Of a stretch of DNA of 64,000 bases, positions 36,835-49,914 are shown piece after piece (positions within the stretch are counted from its first letter, which is position 1; the number at the start of each line of letters is the position of its first letter). The stretch spans positions 1,784,351 through 1,848,350 of the forward strand of contig OZ287697.1 of the NCBI GenBank assembly GCA_965649825.1. Direction: 5' to 3'. Under the pieces are notes generated by a model that was not told where the DNA came from, searched no databases, and saw only the letters and a program-made list of their open reading frames with translations. Position numbers and translations under genes: made by a program. This DNA is from Penicillus capitatus. Lineage: Eukaryota; Plantae; Chlorophyta.

Positions 36835-36973
36835 GACATACAGACATACAGACATACAGACATTAACCCAATAACGGAATCTACGAAACCCATTTCTCCC
36901 GATAATGGTTGCTCCATTCTCTGAAGTGCCAACGGTTTCCACGAAAAAAACAGACAGACAGACAGACAGACAG
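36835..36973. repeat. Simple repeats (GACATACA)3 and (CAGA)5 downstream of paralog 2
   Basis: gacataca x3 at 36835-36858 and caga x5 at 36951-36970. Confidence 0.85.
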
Positions 36974-37045
36974 GCGCAAACGAATCCTTGATTCTTAATA
37001 ACGCAACCCCAGCTAAGTTGACAAAAAGAATGAGAGATAGCCGAT

Positions 37046-40000
37046 TCACACTTTCTCAGTGGCTTGAAGACTCACGGACATATTGTCGCTGGCTTGTGGG
37101 GAAAGAGGAGGCACCGGAGGTCCGTGCCCCGTTCCGACAACCTTATTGATGAGTTTCTTGATTTTATAGTTCTTCATGTAGATCCAGAACACGTAGAGAG
37201 GGTTGCCCGCGTAAGTGCATGGAATCCCCTCGTTACGCAAAACCCTTTTCATATGATCACTAGAAATGAAAATCAGGAAAATGAAACAAACTACCAAGAA
37301 CCCTGCATTGAAGATGACGATTACGACAGTCATCAGCACACGTACTGTATAGGAAACACGTTCACTCATAAAGAAGAGACTAGAAAGGAGTGTCAACAAT
37401 GACACCAGTTGAGACACGTTCTCGAGTTTGTCCAGATCATCGAACTCCTCTCGAAATGGACAGCAGGCTGTTTGGAAATAGAGTGCCAAGTTGAGAACGA
37501 AAACTGCCAAGGCGACCTGGAGAGTGACTCCTAACGGGTAAGAAAACACGACGACGACGACCAAGAAAGCTTTTTTCGTCATGACAACGGACTCCCAGTA
37601 AATGTATTCTCTCTCATACGAACGGTACAGAAAACCAATGATATCATAAATCCATCCATCTGTGTAGTCTTCTTCTTTGACATACCTTGTGGTGAGAATG
37701 GCCAAGAGCACTGGAAACCCGACAGTGAAAAGAATGAGCAAAGGCCAACCGATAAAATACGCGAGAATGGCGTGCGATCCTGTGTAGCACTCGACATTCG
37801 TGCTGCCAGCCCAATACTTCGTCGAGGACTCCGTTTTGTTGTCCAGAGAATCGTCCACGGTAATGCAGTTCAGGATCTGAAGGAGTGATCTAGTTATGGA
37901 GATGTACCCGATGTAGAGCACAGCAAAGACGCACAGTAGCGTTCGGTTCAGAAAGAAAAGCATACCATCGCCTCTCGACAATTTCTTGTACAGCCAAAAG
38001 AGACCATACAGAAAAATGGCGACGACAGGAACGACCAGTTCCGTGGTCACACTGACAACGGCTCTCGTGGAGGCATCGTCGTCTTTAACGATACATTCGA
38101 TGGATGTTCGAATGCCTTCGGATGTCACTCCTCCCGCGTAGTCTGCAGAATCATCATTTGTCAAAGAGAAGACTTCTCTCGATCGTCTTACTCCAAAATC
38201 GGAACATTCCAGCGAGCGTCTCCGTCCAATCGGCGTTTATAGAAATGGCCGCAGCCGTTACTTGCAAGAAATTCACACCGATCTAAAACAGAACAGACGG
38301 ATCGTAGTGCCAAAGAAAGAGTGTATCGTCCAAGGCCCACCTTGAATACTTCGATGGATTTCTCTCTAGAAAAACGAGAAGACATTTGCACTGGACCGGT
38401 GGACCATGCAGGCGGCGGCATTCCTGTTGCATGACTGCCACTGGGAACCGCATTTATTGTTTGCACAGCAGATGACGAGGGATTAAGTTGTTGTTGTGTT
38501 CTATGCACCCGTCCGTCGCCTCTAGCATGTGTCGACAACACTAGTCTGGTCGATTCATTCAGATTGCCTTTGATAGAGAAGGCTGACAGAACCATCAAGA
38601 TCACCAGGGGAACAAACCCAAACAAGATACTGCTCGGCCTCGAAGCACATTTCACACATTCGCGGGAGCTAGACATCCCATAGGATTTGCCGCAAGCGCC
38701 ACAAAGCGGTCCAGTATGTCCCTGTCACACATCTCACACATGTCTGCAGCTTAAGTACAGACTCGCCTTTTTGCACTGTGCTTCATTGTACAGTGTCGGG
38801 AATGTCTTGTCGAAATCGCAGCTCTCGATATCCTTGGTCGCTGCTTCAAGCTGATCCTTGCGATTTTCGAAGTCGCATGCACTCGATGTGAGACATCTCT
38901 GCAGCTTTTTCGAACACGGCGTCGCGTGCCAGTATCCCTCTTCTGGAAGAATCACGTGCGTAGAGCAATCTCCATTCTCGGGACAGGGGCGGCAGCTCTG
39001 ATTGCCCTCTTCTCGCAGATTGTAGGTATCAAAGCTGCACAGCTCACAGATGGTGCCATTCGCCGCAGCAACTTCTCCCATTTTGCACCCCCTGATGTTG
39101 ACTTCTATCTCGACAGGTTCAATCGACTCCTCACTGAAGTTGATCACGCATCTGTATTTTCCTTTCGGGCCAAATCCGACGACTCTGCTGAAGTTGCCAC
39201 TGCCATTGGTCAAAGGCACATTGACAGATCCCGAGAAGAAACCTTTTTCTGCGGTCATGAAAGCTTCGACCGTTTCGTGGTTGAGGCCGATAGCTGGTCC
39301 ATGGCCTAAGCCATCGACGACTCTGAGTGCAAAGCTAGGAAGAGGCTCGCCACTCGGATGATCTTCAATTTCGAAGTGCCTCCTCTCACCGAACGCCGTC
39401 GCGTTGTCGTCTGAAAGGATTTGGATGGCCACATCCGTTGCATACGATCCTGCGTCTTCTCCATAGATTCCTGCATAATTGCTGCGCCACAACTGGCAGA
39501 TGTCGTTTTTCGAAGTGATGGATTTCAGCGTGTCGAGTTCCTGCCTGTCATAGAACTTCCTTTTCTCCTTTCTCGACCGAGGGGAACAGTCCAATCGAAC
39601 AGCTTTGAGATCCGAGGTAAAGAGACCGCCTCCAGCACCTTTTGCTTCGTTCCGGTGGAGTTCGACGTCTGTGAGAACGGAGAAGGAGCAGTTGGCTGAT
39701 GGCTGCGTGCAGTCCACGTCTCTCTCTTCGTTCACGAAATGGATCCCACCTTCAAAGCAGCACTCATGAACTCTCGTGCTTCTTTCGATTGCGATCACTC
39801 ACCTCCTCGATGGGCAACGTTGTTACGAAGCCTGCAGCCTTCCAGTTGAACTCCCACAAGGCGTTGCTTCGATGAACGAATGGACACTCCCCCTCCCTCC
39901 TTGGACGCAGAGTTTTCTTCGAAGACGCAATCGTTGCACAGGAATGCCGAATCCTTGAGTCCGGCGAAGCCGCCCCCTTCTCCTTCTGACTGACATCGCA

Positions 40001-43000
40001 AGATGGTCAGATTCTGTGCCTCGATCTTTGCTGACGAGGAATAGATGCCTCCACCCTTTTTAGAAGCTCTGCTGTCTTCCACAGTTGTGTCTGTCACAGC
40101 GACGCTGCTGTTTCCTGTGACCATGATCGCCCCACCGTGCTGATGGGCCTCGCTTCGTCTGAAGGTTGAGTGCGTGATGTTGACTGTCGCGTCATTCGCC
40201 AGTATGCTGCCGCCATCTGTCGCGTTGTTCCCTTCCATGTCACACCGATCAAACGCTGCAGAGTGTTCTGAAACGTAGACAGCACCGCCAGATTTAGTGG
40301 CCCGGTTGTTTCGGAAACGGATGTTGGTATACAGTCCATCGATTGTCGCTTTCTGATGAATGGCTCCTCCTTCTTTCGCGGAGTTTTTGCTGAAGCTGGA
40401 ATTGAATATGCGAAGCGCAGTTGCCTCATCAGCTGCGATGCCGCCGCCGAATAGACCAGCAGTGTTCTTCGTGACATTCACCTCTGTAATCGTCAGCTCT
40501 GTGGCCGCCATGTATGACGTAAGGTAGACGGCACCTCCATCTGCATCGGCTGTATTTCGGACAAGACTGCAGTTTGTGATATTTGTAATGGAGTCCTCGA
40601 AAAAGAGGGCTCCTCCATTTGACGCCGTGCTGTTCGCCATTTTCGTGTCTCGAATCTCGACTGTACTCTTTTCAAAGTACATACATCCACCTTTCCCACT
40701 GTGTCCTTCTGCAAACGAGGACGTGACGATTGTAGCTGCTCCACGGATGCTAAACAGAGATCCTCCAGCAGTTTGCGACGTCTCTTCAGAGAAACGACAC
40801 TCCTCGACTCTTATCTTTGACCCACTGGTCATCTGTACAGAACCACCACCTCTGCGTTCAGCCGAATTCTGAGTAAAGTCACATTGGAACAGGGAAGCCG
40901 TCGACTCTTGGTAGATATCCAGAGCTCCTCCTGAACCTGCTCGGTTCTCCTTAAAGGTAGAGCCAGAAATGTTCACTTGACAGATATCCATGCATTCAAT
41001 GGCCCCACCAACGGCGTCGGCAGCGTTGTCGATAAATTTGGAGTCTCGGACGATCAATCTGGAGCCTAGAATGTAGAGAGCGGCGCCTGAGTTGCCTGCT
41101 TCGGAAGAACGGAATTGTGTGTCTTGAATTAAAACGTCAGACTCGGTACTGGCCAGAAGACATCCTCCAGTAACATGCGCTTTCCCGCGTTTGAAGGATG
41201 AGTTTGATATATTGACTGTGGTCTGTAGGACATTGACGTAGCCTCCGGATTCGGCAACTCCATCTTCAAACTGTGTACGAAGGATATCGACAGTGCCATT
41301 GATTGCGTAGATGGAGCCTCCTGTTCTCTTGACCGTATTCTCCGAGAGCTGACAGTCGATGAACACGATCGAACCGCCATATCCGGAGTACAGAGCGCCG
41401 CCATTCTCAGCAGAGTTCAGATTTAGCGAACTATCAGAGACACGAATGCTCGAGGAGTCTCTGCCGGCAATGAAGCCTCCGACGTCTGTGCCTGTGTTGT
41501 TAAAAGCTCTACTGCGCTGGACAATGACTTCGGAATCGAAAATGGAAAGCACGCCGCCTTCCTTGTCCGCCGAGTTCGATTCGAAAACCGAATCCTTGAT
41601 CCGAGAAATTGAACGGCTCTTCATAAAAACGGCTCCTCCTTCCTGCGCCTGACATTTACGGACGCGTGTGTCTTTCAGAATGAGTCGACTTGAGTATTCC
41701 ACTGCGATGCCGCCTCCTTTTGTGGCAGATCCCGCTGAGATATTGGAAGTGGCCACTTCGACAGAGGAAGTCTCGAGATAGAGGGAACCTCCGATGCCTG
41801 CACGGTCCTTCTCGAAAACGGCGTCCTCCATCGTCGCGTTTGAGTTCACGAGGTAAAAGCTTCCTCCATTCCCTTTAGCTATATTCTTGGCGAACGCACA
41901 TCGATCCAGCGTTGCAGCGCTGCCATCCTCGAGGAAGAGAGCGCCTCCATCGTTATCTGCAAAGTTGTGTTCAAACGACGTGCTGGATACAGAGACATCG
42001 GATCGCGCCGCGAAGACAGCCGATCCAGAAGTCCCGCTGTTGTTTCGAAAGGCAGAGTCAACGATCACGGCAGAGGAATCGACCAGATGGATGCAGGGAC
42101 TGAATGGATCCTCGTCTCTGTCTCTGTCGACCTTGTTGCGGACAAACGTCGAATCCGTGAGAGACAGAGAGCCGCCTTCTGCACGGAAAACGGTGAGCTC
42201 GTTTTTGGAGGCATTGAGCCGGGAGACCTCCATCCGAGATCCAGACGGAGCATAAAGTATAGAGGGGTTCTCTTTGTGAGACGCTTCTAGTCGGTTTTCG
42301 GACACCGTGCAGTTCACCAAACGGTTGTCGGATGCGAGCATTGCCCCACACCCGCGTCCAAAACATGCATTGTCGATGAGTGTGACATCGATCATCTCAA
42401 CGCTCGAACAGATCGGTGAGCGGATTTGGAGGCCAACTGCCCCGATCAACTTGTTTTCTATGAAAGACACGTGGTGCAGGCGGATGTTACGACTCGATTG
42501 TCCTGGTGTGCATTTCTCGACGTCCACAATGGCAAGTTTACCCTTCTCTTCGCGAAAATAGCACCTTTCGAAAACGATGTTCGCGAAGGTCACGTTCTCG
42601 GCCCTGCAAAAAAAGACTTCATCTGCCGCTCCGACAGTGCGGAAGAACCCTTACTGGACGAGAAAGAGACCTTCGTTGTCACGGGGACACATGAACTGCA
42701 CCGTCGTCTGCGAAAGCGGAAAGACATCGGCGGCGGCGGCGGCCTCTGACCCGTCATTGACAGCGGCACTCAGAGTCAGCGGCCACGGGACAATAACTCG
42801 CGCCTTCGGTCGTATAATCCGCTCCGTGTTAAACAACAAAATGTCGCCATTTTGCGTGCAGTTGATGAGCAGCTGGAGGTCGTCTTCCATGGACTCAAGG
42901 GCATTGTCATCGAAGGACCATGTTCGGGTTTCGTTCTCTAGATAGCGGTCGACCTGTCGGGGTGACAGACGACACTCGTAGCCTTGACAGCACGGCGTTA

Positions 43001-43420
43001 GTCGGTCGAGATGGGTGAAATCGATGGGTCTACCTGAAGGAAGTTCGTCTGAGTCGGCATTATTCCGTTGCAACAAGTTCCGTTTCACGCCACGAACCTG
43101 AAAACGCACGCAAAACGTCAGTCCGGTCTCTTGACAAACATCGCCGTGGCTTCATTTTCTTACCGCTTCTGTGCCGCTGCCGACAGGACGATTTTCGGCG
43201 ACGACATCAACGGCCGCCTCTGGACCTAGAAGCCAGTTCTAAGCCCCCTGAAGAGACGAGTAGTCGGATGCGTGCCTCTACGGGTCAGCGTTTCTGCCTC
43301 GTGTGAGGAATGAGAAATGATGTACTCGACGTTCGTGCTGTGGGCTTGCGTGCCTTCTACTGCCCACAGAAGTACGGTGCCAAGAAGTAACAGACTCTTG
43401 GCTCGATGGATGCACAGCAT
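37046..43420 (-). CDS. Pmp-like beta-helix / Cys-rich / multi-pass TM surface protein, paralog 2
   Basis: Signal peptide MLCIHRAKSLLLLGTVLLWAVEG (ATG 43420); many FxxN and GG(A/G) repeats in ORF 39795-42593; Cys-rich region; multi-TM C-terminus (ORF 37046-38164). Exons are joined by short introns, including a GC-AG intron at 38766-38722. The first exons are uncertain. Confidence 0.85.
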
Positions 43421-44576
43421 TCTTTCGTCGGTCAGATTTCTGCGCTGAAAACTTTTCGGCATTAATCTTCTGCCGAATGAAGCATACCATTGATGATGAC
43501 ATCCTCAAACGGCGATGAACAGCCAGTCGCCTTCACCATTCCTTCTTAGAACCTTCTTCGCTTAGACGCTCTCTAAAACGACGCCGCGATCGGTCGATGT
43601 TTTCTGAAAAACGATTCCGTCGGTCAGAGTGCCACAGCTGAGCGAAAGAGCGACGCTTCAGAGGGTGACGTCGTTTTCGCAGAGAATCGAATCCATTCCT
43701 AACGGTAAATGCTGTGTCAGTTTGCAACGGTCTTGAAGATGTCCGCCTTGTCAACGACGACATGAGGTGTATGTTCCCCTCATCATCTTCAAGACTCACA
43801 GAACGTTGTCTTTCAAGAACCACGTACCCTTCGTCGGTTCTTTGTTTTGACGGCGCGTTGATTCTATTCGACACAACGCTCTTCCTGAGAGAATTCCTTA
43901 AACACAATCATGCTACAGTTCTCTGACTTTGATATCGGAGGAAATGCGAGCCTGCCCTCCTCACACTGTCATCGCTCGCAGCATGAAGCTTTTCGTTTTT
44001 GGCTGCGATGGCGGCGCAGGAGTACAACAATGGTGCTTTGAGGTGATAGGAGAGATACCGTTGAGCAGCTATGATTGAGATATCTATCCAATGGGAATGG
44101 AACAAACGCCCCTGACGATTCGGGCTTTTCATCAGCTGCCGGCCACGACTTTGAAGAACGTCTCCCAAAACGGCTTCCCATCAGACAGCATATATAGAGT
44201 TGTCCTCCCTCATACTCAGATGATCACGGACAACAAGAACCCCAGATAGACAACATACAGTTGGAGAGCGAAAGGCCTATCCTGCACTCAGGACGTCAGT
44301 TGTAAGTTTACGAGAATCGTCGGGCTGCTTGTTTTCTTTGTAGAATGCTTGTCCTTCCACTTCGAGCAGTTGCCTCGTCAGAAAGCTCACAGAAGGGAAG
44401 ATGTAAGATCCGAATCGAAATCGCAAAATTTTGATCCATTTGATCCGACAGATCAACGTCGAGTCTTCGGGTCCACGCAGACTTGTGGACTTTTCAACCC
44501 AGACGTCCTCTTATCTTGTTCTTGCGCGCTTTCGTCCCGGTGTGTTTCGGTGCCGATCTTCAGCTCACGACAGAAC

Positions 44577-45219
44577 ATGGCGTCCACGAAACGCGTCCTC
44601 TTCGCCGGTGCCCTCCTGCTCTGCCTCTACGAAGTCAGCTTCGCTACTGCGTCGACGATGGCTACTTCACGCGCGATGTCTGTTAACCTGTAGGTCATCG
44701 ACGCCAAGATCTTTGCCGACCTGCCCGTAGGTAAACCGTTCGTTTCGTAGCAGCATTTCGACCTCAGCCCGGCAACATCCTCTTAGATGTCAACCTCCAC
44801 CTCAGGGCCATCAATCAGGCTTCAAACTGTAGAAGCTTTCAGACATGATCTGTCATAAGTGCCGGTTTTCAGATGGCAGAGCGATCGTTGGAATTCAGTA
44901 TACGGATGAGCCTGACAGAACAATACCTGCGAGAAATCCAAGAGCATGCCAGATCAGTTGCGATGCGAATCCCGGTTGGTTTCTGGTTTCATCTAACCGC
45001 CAACGATTGGGCGAATGGAGTTTAGGCTGTACAAGATGGCAAATGGAACACAGAGCATCAAGCTGTGATCATTTCTTCGACAAGCCTGGAAAATATGACG
45101 CGGAGAACCCTGAAACACCAGGTAAAGCAGAAACGGCTCATAACGCAGCCAAAACTGCGGGCACGAGTGGTCATGACAAAAAAGAACCTTCGCCGCAGGA
45201 TGAGATTTTTTTTCCTTAA
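44577..45219 (+). CDS. Small secreted PAN/apple-like Cys-domain protein
   Basis: Exon 1 (44577-44633) MASTKRVLFAGALLLCLYE, intron 44634-44693, then VIDA|KIFADLPV. After removing intron 44975-45025 the downstream exons read GIQYTDEPDRTIPARNPRACQISCDANPGCTRWQMEHRASSCDHF, a PAN-like C-x3-C-x5-C-x10-C pattern. Splicing between 44731 and 44873 is ambiguous. Confidence 0.65.
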
Positions 45220-45490
45220 AAGCTCTGCCTACGCATATTCAGCACGTTTTAACAACGAGCCGCACAATGCTATGACAAACTCTCAGAATGGTGCAGTTTT
45301 TTGAGTAAGCTTTCGATTTGGGTGTGTTGTACGATGTTTGTGTGCGCATGCATCCGTCTGACGTGTCGCCCGTATCGCAAATCAATGCGTCCATGATGCA
45401 TTCCGTTGCATGCTCAAATGACCTGTCGTACGCCAACCGTCCAATGTTTACCCCCTCACGCCTCTTTTTCCCATTGACGAATCGACGACC

Positions 45491-47092
45491 ATGAATGCAG
45501 CGAAAAGCCACCAGCTCGGTTCCTTGCTCGAAGACGAGTACTTCCTCTTCGGCGTTCTGAACCATTTGATCGATTTCGGCCTTCACGAGTGTCGCGGCGT
45601 GTGTCACAAATGGAACGACGTCTGCAGAAGACTGCCGGTGAAGTTGAAGAATGTTCCCGCTGAGAAAATCGATGACGTCCCTCTGACCTTTCCCCACGCC
45701 GCCAGTCTGTCCACACAGCGATTGTGGTTTCTGAACCAACCCGCCGAAAAGTTCCGTGTCCTGTCCCGTCTCCCCAATCTAAAACGTCTAGAGTTCAATC
45801 TGATGACCACTTCTGCTTTCCCTGCCGACCAGTTGCCAACCTGGTTTGCCGCTCTCACTCAGTTGGACTTCCTCTGCTTTCATAACATCGCGAAATTCGA
45901 GACACACTTCTTTGAATCCGTCAAGCAGTTGACGCTGCTGACCAGACTCGAATTCAGAGGAGAGCAACAGGACGGCCATTTCGAAAAGGAACCCATCTCA
46001 CAGTTGGTGCACCTTCGAGAACTGCATATCTCTCAGTCCTATCTGATGGGCACGAAGGGCGAATTGCTGTTTCTTCCCAGCCCCAGTTTGACGAGGTTGG
46101 AAATTGTACAGAGATGCCGCGGGACGATCTCGGCCGTCGATGTGCGTCTATTTGTCCCTCCCTCTCCTCTTTAGCAGATAGCTGTTCTTTAGGCAGCAGT
46201 TCCGCATCTGCGTTACCTGAAATCGCTGTCGCTCTTTCTGGGCTCCGCAAACACAGACATGCAGAATTGGACGTCCCTGTCTTCTAACTCTCGACTCAAA
46301 GAGCTCAACATCGAGTCATGGTCATTTCATCCAGCATTCTCAGACTTCGATTTCATTCCAGTTATCGGCACAATGGTGCATCTGACCTCGCTGCATATGC
46401 TCACGGTCGCTCTGTTTAAGAAGCACGTGTGGGAGGCGATCTCGGTGTTGGAGAATCTGAAATCGCTGAAGCTCGTGGCGCGTCACTGGATCGAAGATAG
46501 CAACGGCGATCCGCCCTGTCCCATCGCAAACCTTACGAAGCTGACGTCTTTGTCACTCATCGGTCACGGCCTGGGACAGGACGCAAGACGCTTGACGAAT
46601 CTGGTGGAGCTTGAGTTTACGCAAGACCAGGATTCAGAGTTGCTCCTGCAGCAGTCCCTGCCACAACTGCACCGTCTCGAGCGACTCGCCTTCCGGGAGG
46701 AGAAAGATTTGGCTCCGATCACCATCTCTGCCTTCTCACTGCTCAAGAATCTCAAGTCGCTGTCGCTGAGAAACAGTAGTTGCATCGAAGTCGGTCTCTT
46801 TCAGTCCCTGGCTTCGTTGCCTGCACTCACGGAGTTCCGGTACAACGGTTATCTCGGTCACGTGGTCCCCCATTCTTTCATCCACGAACTGACGTTGCTA
46901 AAACAGCTGCACCGTCTGAGTTTTTACGGCGACGGTGAGAAGATGCCGTTGGTCGACCTGTTTGCAGAAGGAAGCTTTCCGCGTCTCATGTATCTCGAGA
47001 GCAACCTCATGACATTTGAAAAGGACAAGATTCAACAACTGTTCACGAGATTTCCGTGTCTGCGATTCTTCGATGACTTACCTACTGTATGA
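45491..47092 (+). CDS. F-box-like / leucine-rich-repeat protein C
   Basis: LLEDEYFLFGVLNHLIDFGLHECRGVCHKWNDVCRRLPV followed by LRRs. A 51-nt GT-AG intron (46142-46192) at the family-conserved position joins the two ORFs in frame. Confidence 0.85.
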
Positions 47093-47732
47093 TGGGACAT
47101 CTGCCAGAAACGCATTCTTGCTGCTATTCTACGCATGGCATCGGCAACGTGCGCATCCATTCGAAGTACTACCATCTGCCCTTTCATCGCTTTCGAGTTC
47201 TGTTTTCGCTTTCTGCTAATTCCGTCGCATGATCGACTCTTGTCCTGAAGCGCTCAAGTTGACATTAGGGCAATCAATGTGTATGGGTTCTGTTCAGACA
47301 GACGTTGATGAAGAATGAGCCCAGTGTCGATTCGGGTTTCGGATCACAGTGCCTATGCAGTAATCTTGCATGATAAGGCGAAGACCGTCTTAGCCGATTC
47401 TGAGAGTCTCGTCCGTTTTTTGTATTCTGCTCAGGGAGTCTGTCAGGAAGAAGCCTTTTTCAGCTGTTGCTGCACGAGGTCGTTTTCTCCTCTGATGTGA
47501 TAGGTCCCGTCACCCCATGTAAAAAGAACGTTGTGTACCGCACATCTCGCGATTCTGCATGACACGGTCGACATTTTCTCTCTGGATTTAAACATATAAA
47601 TCCGTTTTATCTCACGTTCTTTCAAATTGAAACGGGGACCTGTTCTATAGACGCGCATTTTCGGCTGACACATGAAATGCTCTAATTGTTGATGTAAGGA
47701 TTGCCAGAGCCTTCTCTAGGCAAAGTTTTCAT

Positions 47733-48610
47733 TCAGGTACTCTCATCTGGACATCTCGATCGGCTCAGTCGACGGTTCAACGGACATCCAGCATCGCGAT
47801 TCGGTGTCTGAATCCGCCCAGAGAGGTAGGGGCAACTAACCGTCTGTGACAGTGACAGCTGCATGACACGAAGGATGCTCGTGCAGTACATGACGGTGGC
47901 TTCGCATCCGTGTGAAGATCCCAACACCTGGAGACCGTTGCAGTCTGAAGCATGAAGACATGGGAAAGATCAGAAAGGATCGTGGACGCACCACTTGACG
48001 GATCTCCATCGATTTTGCTGTTCATAAACAAAGAGCTGTTTCGCTTAGCGCCCCAGATACACGCAAAACTACATTGGGTCTGCCATGGGTCAGTTCAAGG
48101 CATGTCTGTGGCCGACAGGGATTTGGTTGGCACGACAAGACGTTTTCTAGATACGCGTCATCTATTCCACAATCTTCGATATCTTGCGACGTGACAGAAG
48201 ACCGTACGCTATCTGAACCGAACCAGATTCTCCAAGGATGGCATTGCTGACGAAGACTGGCTAAAACAGGCAAACGATGACACCGATCTGCACGTCTTCC
48301 ATAACACATTCCTCCTCCGAGGTTTCACGCCGTTTCTCTGGCCTGCGTTCTGCGTGACGACTCCCTCGACATGCTGTCCTCCAAAAACGTCTTCGTTTTT
48401 ATGCTCGTCGCCCTGTGCGTTATCCAGGCACGGAGCGGCTTCTAGCGATCTATCCGCGAAGCTGAACGAAAACGGTGTTTGTAGGGAAATGCCATTCCAC
48501 TTCCGCGAGGAAATGTCTCCGCGTATGCACACCGCTACACGAAGCCACTGTACGACCAGCATCTTTACGATCAGAAAATAGCTGGTACGTGATTTTTCGT
48601 CGAGTAGCAA
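47733..48610 (-). pseudogene. Possible truncated 5' fragment of a Pmp-like surface-protein gene
   Basis: Fragments IDDAYLENVLSC, RPNVVLRVSGALS and SQTVSCP resemble the N-terminal module of paralogs 2 and 3 (IDDAVWADIEEDLQEIVNC; RPKARVIVPWPLTLS; SQTTVQFMCP). Frames are broken and no beta-helix follows. Confidence 0.3.
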
Positions 48611-49914
48611 CTGTCTGCTCTATTGTACGTCAACAAGACATACCTATGCATGCATAGATGTCCAAGAAACGCTTTCGGAAGTGGAAGAGGACGGAGAACG
48701 GTCTCGTTGACCGCACCCATGCTTTCATTATCAAATTCTTTACTCGAGTCATATCCAGATGTATTTTTCCATTTGGGCAGAAGTTTGCATGACAGTGTCT
48801 GTTGACTGATGGGGATGTTTTTTCGGCTCCGTGCTTGTGGAGCTGTTCATTGTCTCATTGAATGAAGCAAGTGCGTAAACACGATTTCCTTTAAATGCAG
48901 ATCTACACGTGACGCGTCGACTGTGATGGACCCGCGGAGAAAAATGCCGGACGGCAGCGGGAGGCAGATGATGATCCGTTGATAAAACAGACTTAACATG
49001 ACAAGCTTATCTCTCTTGTTAATGTCTGCTACTCGTGTGGTAGACGATGCATTGATCTTTGCTGTCCAATTAATGACCATCGGTTACAAGTAAGTATTTG
49101 GAGGCGATCCAGTTGAACGCGTTGTGATCGCCACTGAAAGGTAGTTGAATTGGCAGAAAGTATGTTCGTTCACTGACAAAAGGAATGATAGCGTATATGC
49201 ATCCATCTATTTTTGCTCGTTGTTCGATATCTTATCAGTCGTGTGAAACGGTTGTTGGTTCCCTAAGAGGGTGTTTATTCCCAACTCCATTAAAGTGGTA
49301 TGCAAAATATATGAGTCATTGATGTGTACATCGGATGCACAACACGGACGCGACGGACGCGATTGCGTTATTCGCGTCTCGTCGCACGACGACATGCAAA
49401 TTTAAGTATCTTGACTTTCTTTCGCGATTGAAGAAGTTACTCTTGTTTCGTCAATGTGTTAGCTGTGCCGAAGCTTAAAGAAGTCCAAATCTGCCGAAGA
49501 CATGTTTGCGAGGTGTACCGCATTATTTTTCGACCCAATTGAGATCCGTATGCTAAATCATGAACACCGTTCTAACCACGACCGCCGAGACTCTCTTTAG
49601 ACTAGAACGAGGAAGGCTTTTGGTTAGAACTGTTGGAATAATTGCCTTGGACTGAGCTCCCTGACGCATTATAAATAGAGTTTGCAACGAGCAACTTGGG
49701 AACATGACAGTAACAAGAAAACCTTGAAGACCGAGAAGGACACTTTTTCGTTGTCAGATATGTCTATTAGTCGATCTCGCAAAAAACGATCTAAGACGAG
49801 ATCGCGGGATATATTGCCTTTAACGAGTTCTTACCCACAGAAGCACGGAAAACCATTACTCGAATTTCGCGATTAAAGAGACGAAATCGAGATAGCGAAG
49901 TACTTATAGACTCC

